The position numbers were made by a program, and so were the translations under genes. Below the pieces are notes generated by a model. The model was not told where the DNA came from. It saw only the letters and a program-made list of their open reading frames with translations, and searched no databases. A DNA stretch of 64,000 bases, from NCBI GenBank assembly GCA_965644495.1, contig CBFFSA010000001.1:3410001-3474000 (forward strand), given 5' to 3'. Origin of the DNA: Perkinsela sp. CCAP 1560/9 (taxonomy: Eukaryota; Protista; Euglenozoa: Kinetoplastea). This document shows positions 1 through 10,099 of the stretch, piece by piece (within the stretch, counting starts at the first letter, position 1; each line of letters opens with the position of its first letter).

Positions 1-704
1 TTGGATTCGGAAGCACTATGCCACTCAAGTTGCGGGGTAATATCTCATGGGAATATCTTCCACAAACGTTTCACGTTGTACGACTTGCCGAACAGGAGTT
101 ACAAGGGCAAATGAAAAGTGACCTTCCTCCCGAATTGCAACAGCTAATGATTAATGAAAATGACTTTTTGGGACCTCTGGATTACGATTTACTTCCTGAA
201 ACGATGAAACTATTCGTGATAAATGGTAACTATTTGGGCGGTAGCACGGATCTCGCTCATTTGCCACATGGGATGCAAAGGTTCGAAGTTTCCAGAAATA
301 ACATTAAGGGAACTATTTGCATGGCTCTTCTACCGCGCGGTTTAATGTGTCTCAATTTGAAGAAAAACAATTTTAGCGGCTTGATCCATTTATCGGAACT
401 TCCGCGCATGCTTATGGTAATGTCCCTGGGGTGCAATAGATTCGAAGGAGATCTTGTATTAAAGAATCTACCACCTCTTATCAGTGATGTCGACTTAAGT
501 GGAAATCAACTACGAGGGAAATTATTTTTGGAAGGTGTTCCAATGAAACTGAGTGTGTTACATCTTAACGGAAATCTTTTTACAGGAGTTGCGGATTTTC
601 GTGGCCTTCCACATGGACTCAGGAAGGTAACTATTGATCGTGTGGAAAGCTTAAAATTTATTCCCGATCCACCAAATTTTCCTGTTCAAATCACCAATGA
701 ATGA
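1..704 (+). CDS. Leucine-rich repeat family protein (5' part outside the window)
   Basis: Repeating LPxxLxxLxLxxNxFxGxxdL units; 'LRGNISWEYLP' matches the other paralogues; the frame is open back to the window edge. Confidence 0.85.
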   Translation, partial: GFGSTMPLKLRGNISWEYLPQTFHVVRLAEQELQGQMKSDLPPELQQLMINENDFLGPLDYDLLPETMKLFVINGNYLGGSTDLAHLPHGMQRFEVSRNNIKGTICMALLPRGLMCLNLKKNNFSGLIHLSELPRMLMVMSLGCNRFEGDLVLKNLPPLISDVDLSGNQLRGKLFLEGVPMKLSVLHLNGNLFTGVADFRGLPHGLRKVTIDRVESLKFIPDPPNFPVQITNE

Positions 705-1090
705 GAACGTGACATACAACTCTATTTGTACTGAACCGCGTATAGTTTGAGCCTCAGTACATATTGAAAATTTCGGTGAAATTTTTATTCTGTGTCTAAG
801 ATGGAGATGCCTTGAAATGTAGACGACAATTGAAGATGATCTCAGAATTTCTGATATCATAAATGTTTCGCTTCGTACTTGTTTTCTACTATCTTGTATT
901 CTGTGAACTCTGATTCCTTTTTCCCTAATTTTAGGTAGTTTCTGGTCCAATAACATTTATCTCCTTTTACATGTACATTTCTATGTACGTTTCGTACGTT
1001 TTAGTAGCTTATCAATAACCTATAGGCCACTCCATCGCATAATGTAATGATCGATTAGTGCTACATATCTTTTCAAATTTTCTCGATTCT

Positions 1091-1891
1091 ATGCCAATTT
1101 TAAGTTCGTTGTTGTTCACCCATGCCCACGCATTTTGTGTAGACCAACATTCAGGATACATGAAGGCTTCAAAAGTAAGGAGTACCAATCTTCCACTCGA
1201 ATACTATCTTGAAAGACTTGTTTCAAACATTGAGAATCCCCTTCCTTCATGGAATATATCTATTCCTGCCTGTGAGTGGCAAGGTGTAAGTTGCAAGGAT
1301 AAAGAAGTACAAGCCTTAGAATGGCAAAAGATTAATATTGGGGGTCAGCTGAACTTCGCATCATTCAAATTCTTTCCTTTTTTGCAAAACATCGACATTG
1401 CATATACCTCTATCTCTGGTTCTATTACACTAGAATCTTTTCCTGAGAGTCTTGAACTGATGACTCTCGCGCGGAACTCTTTTTCCGGACATATTGAATT
1501 GGCTTCTCTTCCATCGAATCTGCAAAAATGCAAGTTGTTTCACAACCAATTATCCGGAGAAATTGATTTAACCCGATTACCGTGCACAGTGGAAGTTTTA
1601 TCCCTCCATGAAAACATGTTTTCAGGGCCTGTAGATCTCACAAAGCTTTCTCCTAAAATGCGTCATCTGGTGCTTTCTGATAATAAATTTGAAGGCTCCA
1701 TCGATGCGACTTCCTTCCCGGAATCTTTAGAACATTTCTGGATCGAAAAGAATCGGTTGTCCGGCATCGTAGATTTAAGGTTAGTTTCTCAAAAGTTGGT
1801 ATTTTTTAATCTTTCTGGGAATTATTTCAAGGAATTCATCGGCCCAGGTCCTCCTTGTGCAACGCTCTACCCGCAGAATCCAGAATTGTAG
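1091..1891 (+). CDS. Leucine-rich repeat family protein
   Basis: Leader MKASKVRSTNLPLEYYLERL, LRRNT-like cap (PSWNISIPACEWQGVSC), about 7 LRR units; first ATG at 1091. Confidence 0.88.
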   Translation: MPILSSLLFTHAHAFCVDQHSGYMKASKVRSTNLPLEYYLERLVSNIENPLPSWNISIPACEWQGVSCKDKEVQALEWQKINIGGQLNFASFKFFPFLQNIDIAYTSISGSITLESFPESLELMTLARNSFSGHIELASLPSNLQKCKLFHNQLSGEIDLTRLPCTVEVLSLHENMFSGPVDLTKLSPKMRHLVLSDNKFEGSIDATSFPESLEHFWIEKNRLSGIVDLRLVSQKLVFFNLSGNYFKEFIGPGPPCATLYPQNPEL

Positions 1892-2265
1892 CCTATAGTT
1901 CACGCTATGGATCAGAAATTCTGCAATATATTATAAATTACGAATTGTTTACCAAAGATAATTGCTAAAAAATGAAAAGCTAAATCACTCTGTACATATT
2001 GTAGCTGTGGTATGTGCATCATAAGAAGCGGTGGTTCTTCCAAAGTTCATTCAATTTTGGGGTAATTTGGCATTGTACGATTCTAAAAACTGATAAAAGG
2101 GTGGAGTTCTGAGCATGGTTTTACGCTATTAAGAGGGTTACAACCTCTTTTTATTTATCTCTAATCCACATTGCAGTATAGTACAAAGTTTTTAAGGCAC
2201 AAAAACACAACTTTTGGTTTGTGAGTATTTCGGCGCGTTTGTAATTCATCTCAATTTCGTCTCAC

Positions 2266-3639
2266 ATGCATCGATCTATAGATGCCGAAGTTACTGCTGT
2301 TCTGAGCCAGCTCCGAATCTTAAACGATGCGGATCGTAAATTTTTTATGTCCCTGTGGGAAGCCCGCGCGGAATCTGCTTTGCTAAAGGAGCTCACCACC
2401 GGCCATGAATCCACTGTCGCAAACTTTATGCTGCGAATCCTCACCACGATTCATACGGAGTCTGTACGAAAAGAGATTACCCGACTCTGTGCCATTCTCT
2501 GCCGTGAATCCACAAAATTCTCCATTGCCTACGCCAACGCCATGCAAACCTCCCAATTTGTCGCCCAGAGCCTCCCCTCCGCCTCCGGAAGCACCCTCGT
2601 CTGTCTCGCCTACGCCCTCTGCCACAACGACACCCTCCAGAACTACGTCCCCAAATTCCTCCGCCTCACCAACGCCATGCTCCGCAAGACCTCCGAGGAG
2701 GACCCCCCGCCCCCCTCCGTGGTCCACGACACCCCCGCCCTCCTCAAGGCCCTCACCATCTTCCTCCGCAACCGCGCCCTGCGTGCCGCGTTCTGTGCCA
2801 ACGACACCCCCGCCCGCCTCCCCCGCCTCATCACGCTCTACTGCGCCGGGGACTTCGCCGCGAACGCCCAGCTCGCCTACGACACGCTCTTCTGCTGCTG
2901 GGTCTGCCTCTACCAGCCCAGCGTGATTGCGCCCCTGGTCGCCCAGGAGCGCCTGATCCCGATCGTCCACGACGTGCTGCGCCGCGCGGCCCGGGAGAAG
3001 TGTGTCCGGGTCGCGCTCGCGGTGGTGGAGGTGCTGCTGCTGCAGCAGAGGCGGTACTCCTGGGGCACCCACCCCGGGCTGTCCGCGTTGAGTGGGATGA
3101 ATGACGGCCGCGGGCCGTGTTTTGTGCAGGAGATGTGTGCGATTGGGCTGGTGAAGACGCTGGTGCGGTTGGAGAAGAGGACGTGGGAGGATGGGGATAT
3201 TCCCGCACGGTTGGGGGAGATTATTAAGGAACTTACGATGAGTTTTGAGGCGATGACGACGTTTACGCAATATCAGGGGGAAATCCGAAGCCGGCATCTG
3301 GAGTGGACCCCGCCGCACACAAGCGAGACGTTCTGGAAGGAAAACATTCATTGCTTTGAAGAGAACGAATTTGAAGTTGTGCAGGAGATTTATGAAATCC
3401 TTCGTACCTCGAAAAATGAGCAATCGCTTGCCATAGCCTGTCATGACATTGGAGAGCTTGTTCGGTACCACCCACAAGGTAGAAAAGTGCTAAGTGCACC
3501 AATCTTACAAGGACTGGACGAAAGCGTGCTAAATTTAATCACGCATGAGTCTCCCATGGTAAGTAGGCACGCACTGATGGCCACGCAAAAAATTTTAGTA
3601 CAGAAGTGGCAGTACTTGGATGTCCAAGAAGTTAAGTAA
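2266..3639 (+). CDS. VMA13: V-type H+-ATPase subunit H
   Basis: C-terminal domain motifs LEWTPPH..ETFWKEN, LAIACHDIGELVRYHPQGR, V...AL.A.QK; also REKCVRV motif. Confidence 0.92.
   Translation: MHRSIDAEVTAVLSQLRILNDADRKFFMSLWEARAESALLKELTTGHESTVANFMLRILTTIHTESVRKEITRLCAILCRESTKFSIAYANAMQTSQFVAQSLPSASGSTLVCLAYALCHNDTLQNYVPKFLRLTNAMLRKTSEEDPPPPSVVHDTPALLKALTIFLRNRALRAAFCANDTPARLPRLITLYCAGDFAANAQLAYDTLFCCWVCLYQPSVIAPLVAQERLIPIVHDVLRRAAREKCVRVALAVVEVLLLQQRRYSWGTHPGLSALSGMNDGRGPCFVQEMCAIGLVKTLVRLEKRTWEDGDIPARLGEIIKELTMSFEAMTTFTQYQGEIRSRHLEWTPPHTSETFWKENIHCFEENEFEVVQEIYEILRTSKNEQSLAIACHDIGELVRYHPQGRKVLSAPILQGLDESVLNLITHESPMVSRHALMATQKILVQKWQYLDVQEVK
2520..3280. other. C-to-G polarity island 1 (switch near 2950)
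   Basis: C-ending codons on the left, G-ending codons on the right; boundaries by eye. Confidence 0.85.
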
Positions 3640-3901
3640 ATAGTGTCAGCTTAAGTGAGAGTAACCTTTTATTGTTATGTCGTTAGACGTATCATGTATC
3701 ATTTCACTACATGGGCAAAATGCTGCTTAACACGCTATCGATTTCCTTAAATACTCTAAAAGTAATCGTTAATACTTTGACTGTTTGTGCCAATAGAAAG
3801 GTATGATTGAAGGTACATACTCTTTTATGATGTAGAGCAACATTTACTATATTTTTTTTTGTGTTTTTTTATCTAAAGCTTAGCTATCTTTAGCTTAGGT
3901 G

Positions 3902-5533
3902 ATGGCGGATATGACTTCTGATACGGCATGTAAAATAGCCTGCGAAGCACAAACAGGACACCCACAACCTTCGGAGGCCTTCCAAAATCTGCAAAACGCC
4001 TACGCCAAACAGCAACAATCCTTGGTGACTTTGCATGAAATGCATTCCAAGCGTGTGAGCGATCTTCAACTCCAGATTCAACTACTGAAGCAGAAGGAGG
4101 AAGAGGCCGTGCAACGCGTCGAAGATGCCGATCAAGCGACCAAAGCAGCGGAGGCTAAGTTGGATCTGGTAACCTTGGAATTAAATATTCTAGTAGAAAA
4201 TTCTCAACAGAAGGTGGTTGCACAAGAAAAAGAATATGAAACGAAGCTGACCTCATTGCACAGCTCGCTAGCAGAAGTTATACAAAAACAAAAATGCGAG
4301 ATGGAAAGCGCGACAAATAAATTGGAGAAAACCAGAATTGAATTAGTAAAGGCGAAAGCAGAAACTGTTAAGGTTCCCAAGCTTATAGCTGAGGCTGTGA
4401 ACGAGGTAAATCTTTTGGCTTCGGTACATATACTTAATCTTGAAAAACAGATTCGCATTCTGTCGGAGGAAAAATCTGCGAACGATAACGAAAGAGAAGT
4501 GCTTCAAAAAAACCTCTTGGACCTTAGTAATAGAGTTTCTCAAAACGACAAACAGTGGCAAACTCAGGTGGAGAAACAGCAGAACGAAATACTGTCTAGT
4601 CGAATGCAATACGAAGAACTGCAGGTTGTTAACCGTGCTCTTGAATGCCGAATTGAGGATATAAAAAATGGTGTATGCGAGGAGCATTGTGCTTCTATTG
4701 AGCAATTGAACGAACAACTAGTGCGCGAACGTGAATTAAGGTGTACAACTGAAAATCTATATGAACAGCTGAAGGAAAAAGTATGCGTATCTGAGAAGCA
4801 TTTCGAGGAGTACCAGATGAAAGCCACGTTAGACATTAAACGGAATCGCGACTGTGCGTGGAAGAATGCCCTGCTAGTTGCTCAGGAAACAAAATCCTAT
4901 AATGAACTCTTCGCAGCATTACATGCTAAGCTAAACAGCGCGAATGCAGAAGCGGCGGCGACGCTATCCCTGCGAGATAGTACGATAGAACTTCTTCGTC
5001 AAGAGCTGATCAGCCTTCGAGGCAATATGGAAAATGGAATGACAGAACAACAGATATCTCAACAGGAAGAATTGGATCTTCTTCGAGATCAAATTACACA
5101 GTTACGCCAAGTGAAGACACCACAAGACCTTCCAGCAAGCGTAAATAATGACGCAATCCGAATCGAGTCCATTGAACAAGAAAACGCGAGCCTAAAAATG
5201 CAGCTTCAAACATTACAAATCACTTTAGAAATGCAGCGATCCGAGCAGGAGATGATTAACAGTGAATTACGACAAGCACATGCCTCAGAAGTCGAAATCG
5301 TTCACAGAAATTCTACAGAAAAAGCTGAACAATCTTTTGAAATGTTGCAGAAATATCGTAACGAATCTCTGCAGGCTTCTGAAAATGCTTCACGGTTGGA
5401 GGCGAGAGTGAGAGAGTTGGAACAGGAATTGAAGTCCACAGTTTTAACTTTAAACAGGGCACGGGCCAAAGCTATTCTTCAAGAAAATTCGGAAAAAGCA
5501 GATGAAGAACCTTTGCACTCTCGTAAAAGATAA
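3902..5533 (+). CDS. Long coiled-coil protein, function unknown
   Basis: About 540-aa ORF rich in E/Q/K/L with heptad character throughout. Confidence 0.75.
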   Translation: MADMTSDTACKIACEAQTGHPQPSEAFQNLQNAYAKQQQSLVTLHEMHSKRVSDLQLQIQLLKQKEEEAVQRVEDADQATKAAEAKLDLVTLELNILVENSQQKVVAQEKEYETKLTSLHSSLAEVIQKQKCEMESATNKLEKTRIELVKAKAETVKVPKLIAEAVNEVNLLASVHILNLEKQIRILSEEKSANDNEREVLQKNLLDLSNRVSQNDKQWQTQVEKQQNEILSSRMQYEELQVVNRALECRIEDIKNGVCEEHCASIEQLNEQLVRERELRCTTENLYEQLKEKVCVSEKHFEEYQMKATLDIKRNRDCAWKNALLVAQETKSYNELFAALHAKLNSANAEAAATLSLRDSTIELLRQELISLRGNMENGMTEQQISQQEELDLLRDQITQLRQVKTPQDLPASVNNDAIRIESIEQENASLKMQLQTLQITLEMQRSEQEMINSELRQAHASEVEIVHRNSTEKAEQSFEMLQKYRNESLQASENASRLEARVRELEQELKSTVLTLNRARAKAILQENSEKADEEPLHSRKR

Positions 5534-5892
5534 GAAAAATAGGGTATTTTAGCAAATTTTGCGAATCAAATATTCAGATAAGTTTCAAGTTATAGGAGAC
5601 TTCAAAAATTAATGCGTAATGTAAATATTTCTTCCTGATTAGCCAATCCGTTTTATAGGACAATGTATGTTTGATACGTACCACACTATGCGTTATGTAC
5701 GTATTACGTACGTGTTCTATACACCTATTAGATTTCTTTCACTGTTTCATAAAATTTAGCTTCTCGCCTTGTCACCACTCTTTACCTTGTCACAATACAA
5801 GCGCTTAGATCTAACAGGGAATACATGGTTTTTTAAAGAACCACGGATACAGTGTTGACAATCCTGTTGTGCTTCATCTGTGCCATTCTATA

Positions 5893-7155
5893 ATGTCGAG
5901 TTCACACTCACGTCGTGTTCAGCGGATACTACACATGGAATCCGGACAGGTTGGTGCCTCTCGAAATGATGATCTCACTCGTCACTACGCACGTCTCTTG
6001 TTAAGATTAATCTTTCCTGTAGTTATAACGATGGTAGGGGTGATCTGGTCCGTATGCTGCCTATCTGATGATCATCTCGCAGATGCTACAGCACTTCCTC
6101 TTCTTTTTGAAGAGGGTGAACACCTCTCTCATTCCACCAACGTTCGTGCGGGAACAATGAATGCGCTCATTCTCGTTGGTGTCATTGCTGCCGCCACGAT
6201 TCTCATTGTTTTACTATACAAATGGGGTTGTAAACGTCTACTTTTCGCTTGGTTGCTTACAGGAGTCTTTTCTCTTTTGGGATTGCAAATGTGGTTATGG
6301 TTAGACCTACTCTGTGCTACCTATCGCATACCGTACGAAGCGCTAACTATGGCCTTTGTAGTCTGGAATCTAAGTCTGGTAGGAATACTTTCTATCTTTT
6401 TCGAAGGTCACCCATACATACGACAAGGTTACCTTATTGTTATTTCAATTATTCTGGGTTGGTTGTTGTGTAAACTGCCACAATGGACTACGTGGGCACT
6501 TCTACTATTAGTTGCCATTTACGACATTTTAGCCGTGTGCTTACCGTACGGACCTTTGCGCCTCTTACTTCAGGAGATCGAACGCAGAGGGGAGGCGGTT
6601 CCTGGTTTGATATACGAACCTCGTAGCGGGGTTGCCTATCAGGGCGACCTACAAGATCGTATCAATATTGAGGAAGAAAACATTGATGAGACCGTTACAA
6701 GCGGAAGCATAGTGGATGTAACTGTGGGAGAGCAAACGTCAAACTCGTATTCAAACAATGGCTCCACTGAAGAGCTTTCTGCTTACCAACGCAATGAGGA
6801 AGTAACAATAATATCTCCAAGTGCGGAGAATTCCTCTTCAGTGTCTCAAGAAGCAACCGCTCAAGCTGCTACAAGTGGCACTTTCGAATTTCCAGCCAAC
6901 TCTTTCGGACTTGGTTTAGGTGACTTCATTTTTTATTCTTTGCTTGTCGGACGTGCTGTTCGCACCTCTATGATATCTTGCATTTGTTGCATGGTGGCTA
7001 CTGTAGTTGGCCTCTCATGTACCCTACTCGGACTTATGTTCCTTAGGAAGCCTCTTCCAGCGTTACCCATTTCTGTTCTTCTAGGATGTGCATTCTATTT
7101 CTCGTCTCGTTTTCTACTAGAGCCTAATATCCAGAAAAATATGTCTTGGCATTAA
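5893..7155 (+). CDS. PSEN: Presenilin (GxGD intramembrane aspartyl protease)
   Basis: Multiple TM segments; catalytic 'AIYDILAV' and 'GLGLGDFIFYS'; C-terminal 'LPALP'; 'GPLRLL' motif. Confidence 0.95.
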   Translation: MSSSHSRRVQRILHMESGQVGASRNDDLTRHYARLLLRLIFPVVITMVGVIWSVCCLSDDHLADATALPLLFEEGEHLSHSTNVRAGTMNALILVGVIAAATILIVLLYKWGCKRLLFAWLLTGVFSLLGLQMWLWLDLLCATYRIPYEALTMAFVVWNLSLVGILSIFFEGHPYIRQGYLIVISIILGWLLCKLPQWTTWALLLLVAIYDILAVCLPYGPLRLLLQEIERRGEAVPGLIYEPRSGVAYQGDLQDRINIEEENIDETVTSGSIVDVTVGEQTSNSYSNNGSTEELSAYQRNEEVTIISPSAENSSSVSQEATAQAATSGTFEFPANSFGLGLGDFIFYSLLVGRAVRTSMISCICCMVATVVGLSCTLLGLMFLRKPLPALPISVLLGCAFYFSSRFLLEPNIQKNMSWH

Positions 7156-7549
7156 TCAATGACGGTAATCCGTACTTTGGTGCTGATCTACATGTATGAC
7201 GTTCGTGGTGTAACGCTCGGCAGTATACTTGTCTTCATTAGACATCTCAATTGTATCACACACGGCAGGCGAGAAAAATTGCGGCCGAACAGATTCAATT
7301 TTTCCTGAGGTGCTGCGACCAAAATGGTAGGTGACTTGATTGCCCGTGATCGATGCAAAGCTCAATGACCTCATATTGCTCCATACATTAGAGCGAAGCG
7401 ACACGAGTCCACATTGTTCGAAGATTGCACCTTGTTCGAAGACTGCAAAGGATGTTGTATGTCATCAGCTAACCTTACTTTACTTTTGTTGTTCTATTCG
7501 CAATAATTTCATAAGGTCTAATGCCCTTTTTGCATAAACGGGGGCCCGG

Positions 7550-7630
7550 GATAACATACCTGTAACACGATAACATACCGGGGGGGTATGTTATCGTGAA
7601 CAGGGGTGGATAACATACCCCCCCCTCTGG
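7550..7630. repeat. Cluster of GATAACATACC repeats with a perfect 14-bp hairpin; probable transposon-end remnant
   Basis: Direct copies at 7550, 7569 and 7609, inverted copy at 7585-7595; stem cacgataacatacc (7566-7579)/ggtatgttatcgtg (7585-7598) with a G5 loop. Confidence 0.7.
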
Positions 7631-7769
7631 ATTTTGGAACATCTCTACAAGACAACTTGTCGTTCTTACAACTTTATTTCTTATTACTAGAACGCTAAAC
7701 ATTTTCAAAAATTAGCAAAGAACATTGCTCCGGAAACTTTTCAACGAATAGCAATCGAATTCTTTCAGC

Positions 7770-9770
7770 ATGGTCGATACGACGTCGAAAAACCTTGACG
7801 CAACCGAAGTAGATGACATGTCCGCACACCTCAGTGAAGCAAAAATAGACTCACGATCAAGCACAAACAACGATGCGCAGCGAAAGCAAGACACTTCCTC
7901 CTCTCGACGTCCTCCCCCCATCGCGCTTCCCACGGAATCTCACGAGACAAAGCCCTCCGATGAAGCTTCTGGAACCAAGCTCGAGCCTCGTACCCCTGTA
8001 GCGGTGGACCTTCCCAACAGTGCCTTGCAGAACGCACTTCCGTACCTTACACTGGAGGGTCTGCTCACCGCCCGATCCGTCTCCCGCAGCCTTCTACACG
8101 CCGTGCACGGACGCTACCTCACTATGTACAACCAGGGCGTCGTGTTCCTCCACGCCCCTGAGGGGGGTTATGCCACCTACCTAACGTCAACCGACAATGC
8201 CCACCGCTGTCTAACCTGTGGAGGCCCACGGCCGGGAACCCATGCAGAACCCGGAGCGATGAAGTATAAGAACATGGAGAGTGTCCCGGAGACCTCCGCG
8301 CATCCTAGCGATACGTCGGCTGCGAAGGAAACGGACGGCGCGTCGTGTGTCGCGTGCGCTCCTCCCGCCTCCCGGCTGTTTGTCGGTCAGCTCCGCCGTC
8401 AGCATACCGCCGGGTCGATTTTGTGGGCCCTCGCGATGGTCGCCCCTGAGGTGGCCATCGCCCACGTCGACAACCGCACCAACCGCGACACTGGCCGCGA
8501 GAAGGGGTGTTGCTGGATCCACATTCCCTCCCGCTTCGAGTCCACCCTCCTCGGTCTCAACCGTCGCCTCCTGTTCGACATCAACCCCCACGGCGGCTCG
8601 CTCTCCCAAGGCGAGGGGTTCTGGCGCGTCCCGGACCACTTCGCCCGGGTCTCTGACCTCGAAGGCTTTGCCCTACGCCGGGTCGAACGCGACCTCCTCC
8701 TCCCACGCCGCCCCGTCGTCATCGAACGCGCCAACGGCTCCGGTGGCCGTGACCCCACCCGTGGACCCCGTGGCGGTCTCCACAACCTCCCCTCCCTCAC
8801 CCGACACACCCCTCGTGAGTGTGCCCGAGCCACCCCTCTTAGTCTCCACCCCGCAACCGCTCCCCCACCCCCACCCCCTCACCCCCCGATGCCCCCCACA
8901 GGTCTCCATCCCTCCACCCTCCCCGGTACCATGACAACCCCGATGCCCACCACAACCCACCGGGACACAACCACCACCACGACGACTCCTCACCCTACGG
9001 CTACGACTACCCTTCCCCCCCCCGTTGCCCCCTACCCCCCGACCTGCACCCCCACCGGCCCCTCCCCCCGGGCCCCCGCCCCCCCCCTCCCGCTCTTCCG
9101 CGTCCCCTCCGGCACCTGGGTCCCCTCCCCCGACGGCACCACGCTCGTCCACGTGGCCTGCGCGTGCGCGGAGTGCCAGGCGCTCCGGGTGCTGGGGAAC
9201 GAGACCCCCGCGGCGTCCCCGGTGACCCCCACGGGGGCGGGGGCGCGCTGGCCCGGGGCGGACTCCCCCGCGAGGGTGCGGTACGGGTCGGGGATCGGGG
9301 CCGTACCCCATCCCCACCCCCCGGGGATGCGGCGGAGTCACAGCGGGGTGATGGTACACCCGTACAACCCACAGGGTATGCCGCGGGGGGAGAGTGGGGA
9401 GGTGATGATGGGGAGTTCGGCATCGCTGGAGGGGGGGGCGTTGGTGGCGGGGGTGCATACCCCGCCGTATATGGTGATTACCCCGGAGCTGGGCGAGCTC
9501 TCCGGGATGGGAGGGGGGGGGATGATGGGACACTACCCGCCTCCGATGATGATGGCCCACCCCTCGGAGGAGATGTTGGCCTCGAGTGAGAATGTGACCC
9601 CGGCGCCGGTGCTGGTGGATCCCTCGGTGCCGTACCCTGTGAGTCCGTTGCTGGCGGGGTACCACCCGGGTGGGGGGTCTCCGGTGTTTACGGCCACGAA
9701 TGTGGCGTTTGGTTCTCCGCAAGGTGTGCGTCACCGGGCACGGTCCGGTACTCCGCACAACCAGGGATAG
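7770..9770 (+). CDS. F-box-like plus RRM-like protein with Pro-rich then Gly/Met-rich low-complexity tail
   Basis: F-box-like DLPNSALQNALPYLTLEGLLTARSVSR; RNP2/RNP1-like RLFVGQL...EKGCCWIHI. Confidence 0.6.
   Translation: MVDTTSKNLDATEVDDMSAHLSEAKIDSRSSTNNDAQRKQDTSSSRRPPPIALPTESHETKPSDEASGTKLEPRTPVAVDLPNSALQNALPYLTLEGLLTARSVSRSLLHAVHGRYLTMYNQGVVFLHAPEGGYATYLTSTDNAHRCLTCGGPRPGTHAEPGAMKYKNMESVPETSAHPSDTSAAKETDGASCVACAPPASRLFVGQLRRQHTAGSILWALAMVAPEVAIAHVDNRTNRDTGREKGCCWIHIPSRFESTLLGLNRRLLFDINPHGGSLSQGEGFWRVPDHFARVSDLEGFALRRVERDLLLPRRPVVIERANGSGGRDPTRGPRGGLHNLPSLTRHTPRECARATPLSLHPATAPPPPPPHPPMPPTGLHPSTLPGTMTTPMPTTTHRDTTTTTTTPHPTATTTLPPPVAPYPPTCTPTGPSPRAPAPPLPLFRVPSGTWVPSPDGTTLVHVACACAECQALRVLGNETPAASPVTPTGAGARWPGADSPARVRYGSGIGAVPHPHPPGMRRSHSGVMVHPYNPQGMPRGESGEVMMGSSASLEGGALVAGVHTPPYMVITPELGELSGMGGGGMMGHYPPPMMMAHPSEEMLASSENVTPAPVLVDPSVPYPVSPLLAGYHPGGGSPVFTATNVAFGSPQGVRHRARSGTPHNQG
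8400..9720. other. C-to-G polarity island 2 (switch near 9170)
   Basis: Poly-C tracts at 8860-9130, poly-G tracts at 9190-9680. Confidence 0.88.
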
Positions 9771-10099
9771 AGCCAGCGCTGGTGTTTGGGTAAGTTAAAT
9801 CGGTCGTATACAAAATAAGTGTGACATGCAAGGGGTACACAAGAAGTTGCGTTCATTCGAATGTCACTACTGTTTCCGAAAAGAATAGAATTGCATAACA
9901 CGTATTTACGGAATAATGTTTTAAGTGTTTCTGTGAACACTGAGAATAAGTTTAAAGCAAATGGTTTGAAGGTAGGTTTTCTGGTTGTATTAGAAAAACT
10001 TTTTTTTCTTATCACGATGATGTAGTGGATGCGTAAAACTTTTTCTTGTTTACGAGAGTTTTCTCGTCAATTTTATTTTTGACTGATGTAAGAAAAGTG

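Noticed and set aside
2383-3477. Long antisense and alternative-frame ORFs over the GC islands (also 8673-9758, 24027-24919, 50670-51251)
   Set aside because: Expected from the scarcity of stop codons in very GC-rich, skewed DNA; the products are low-complexity and overlap well-supported + strand genes
8400-9720. Islands as inverted-repeat transposons or introns
   Set aside because: Arms are compositional mirrors without alignable TIRs or TSDs, and conserved protein motifs run in frame through islands 1 and 6
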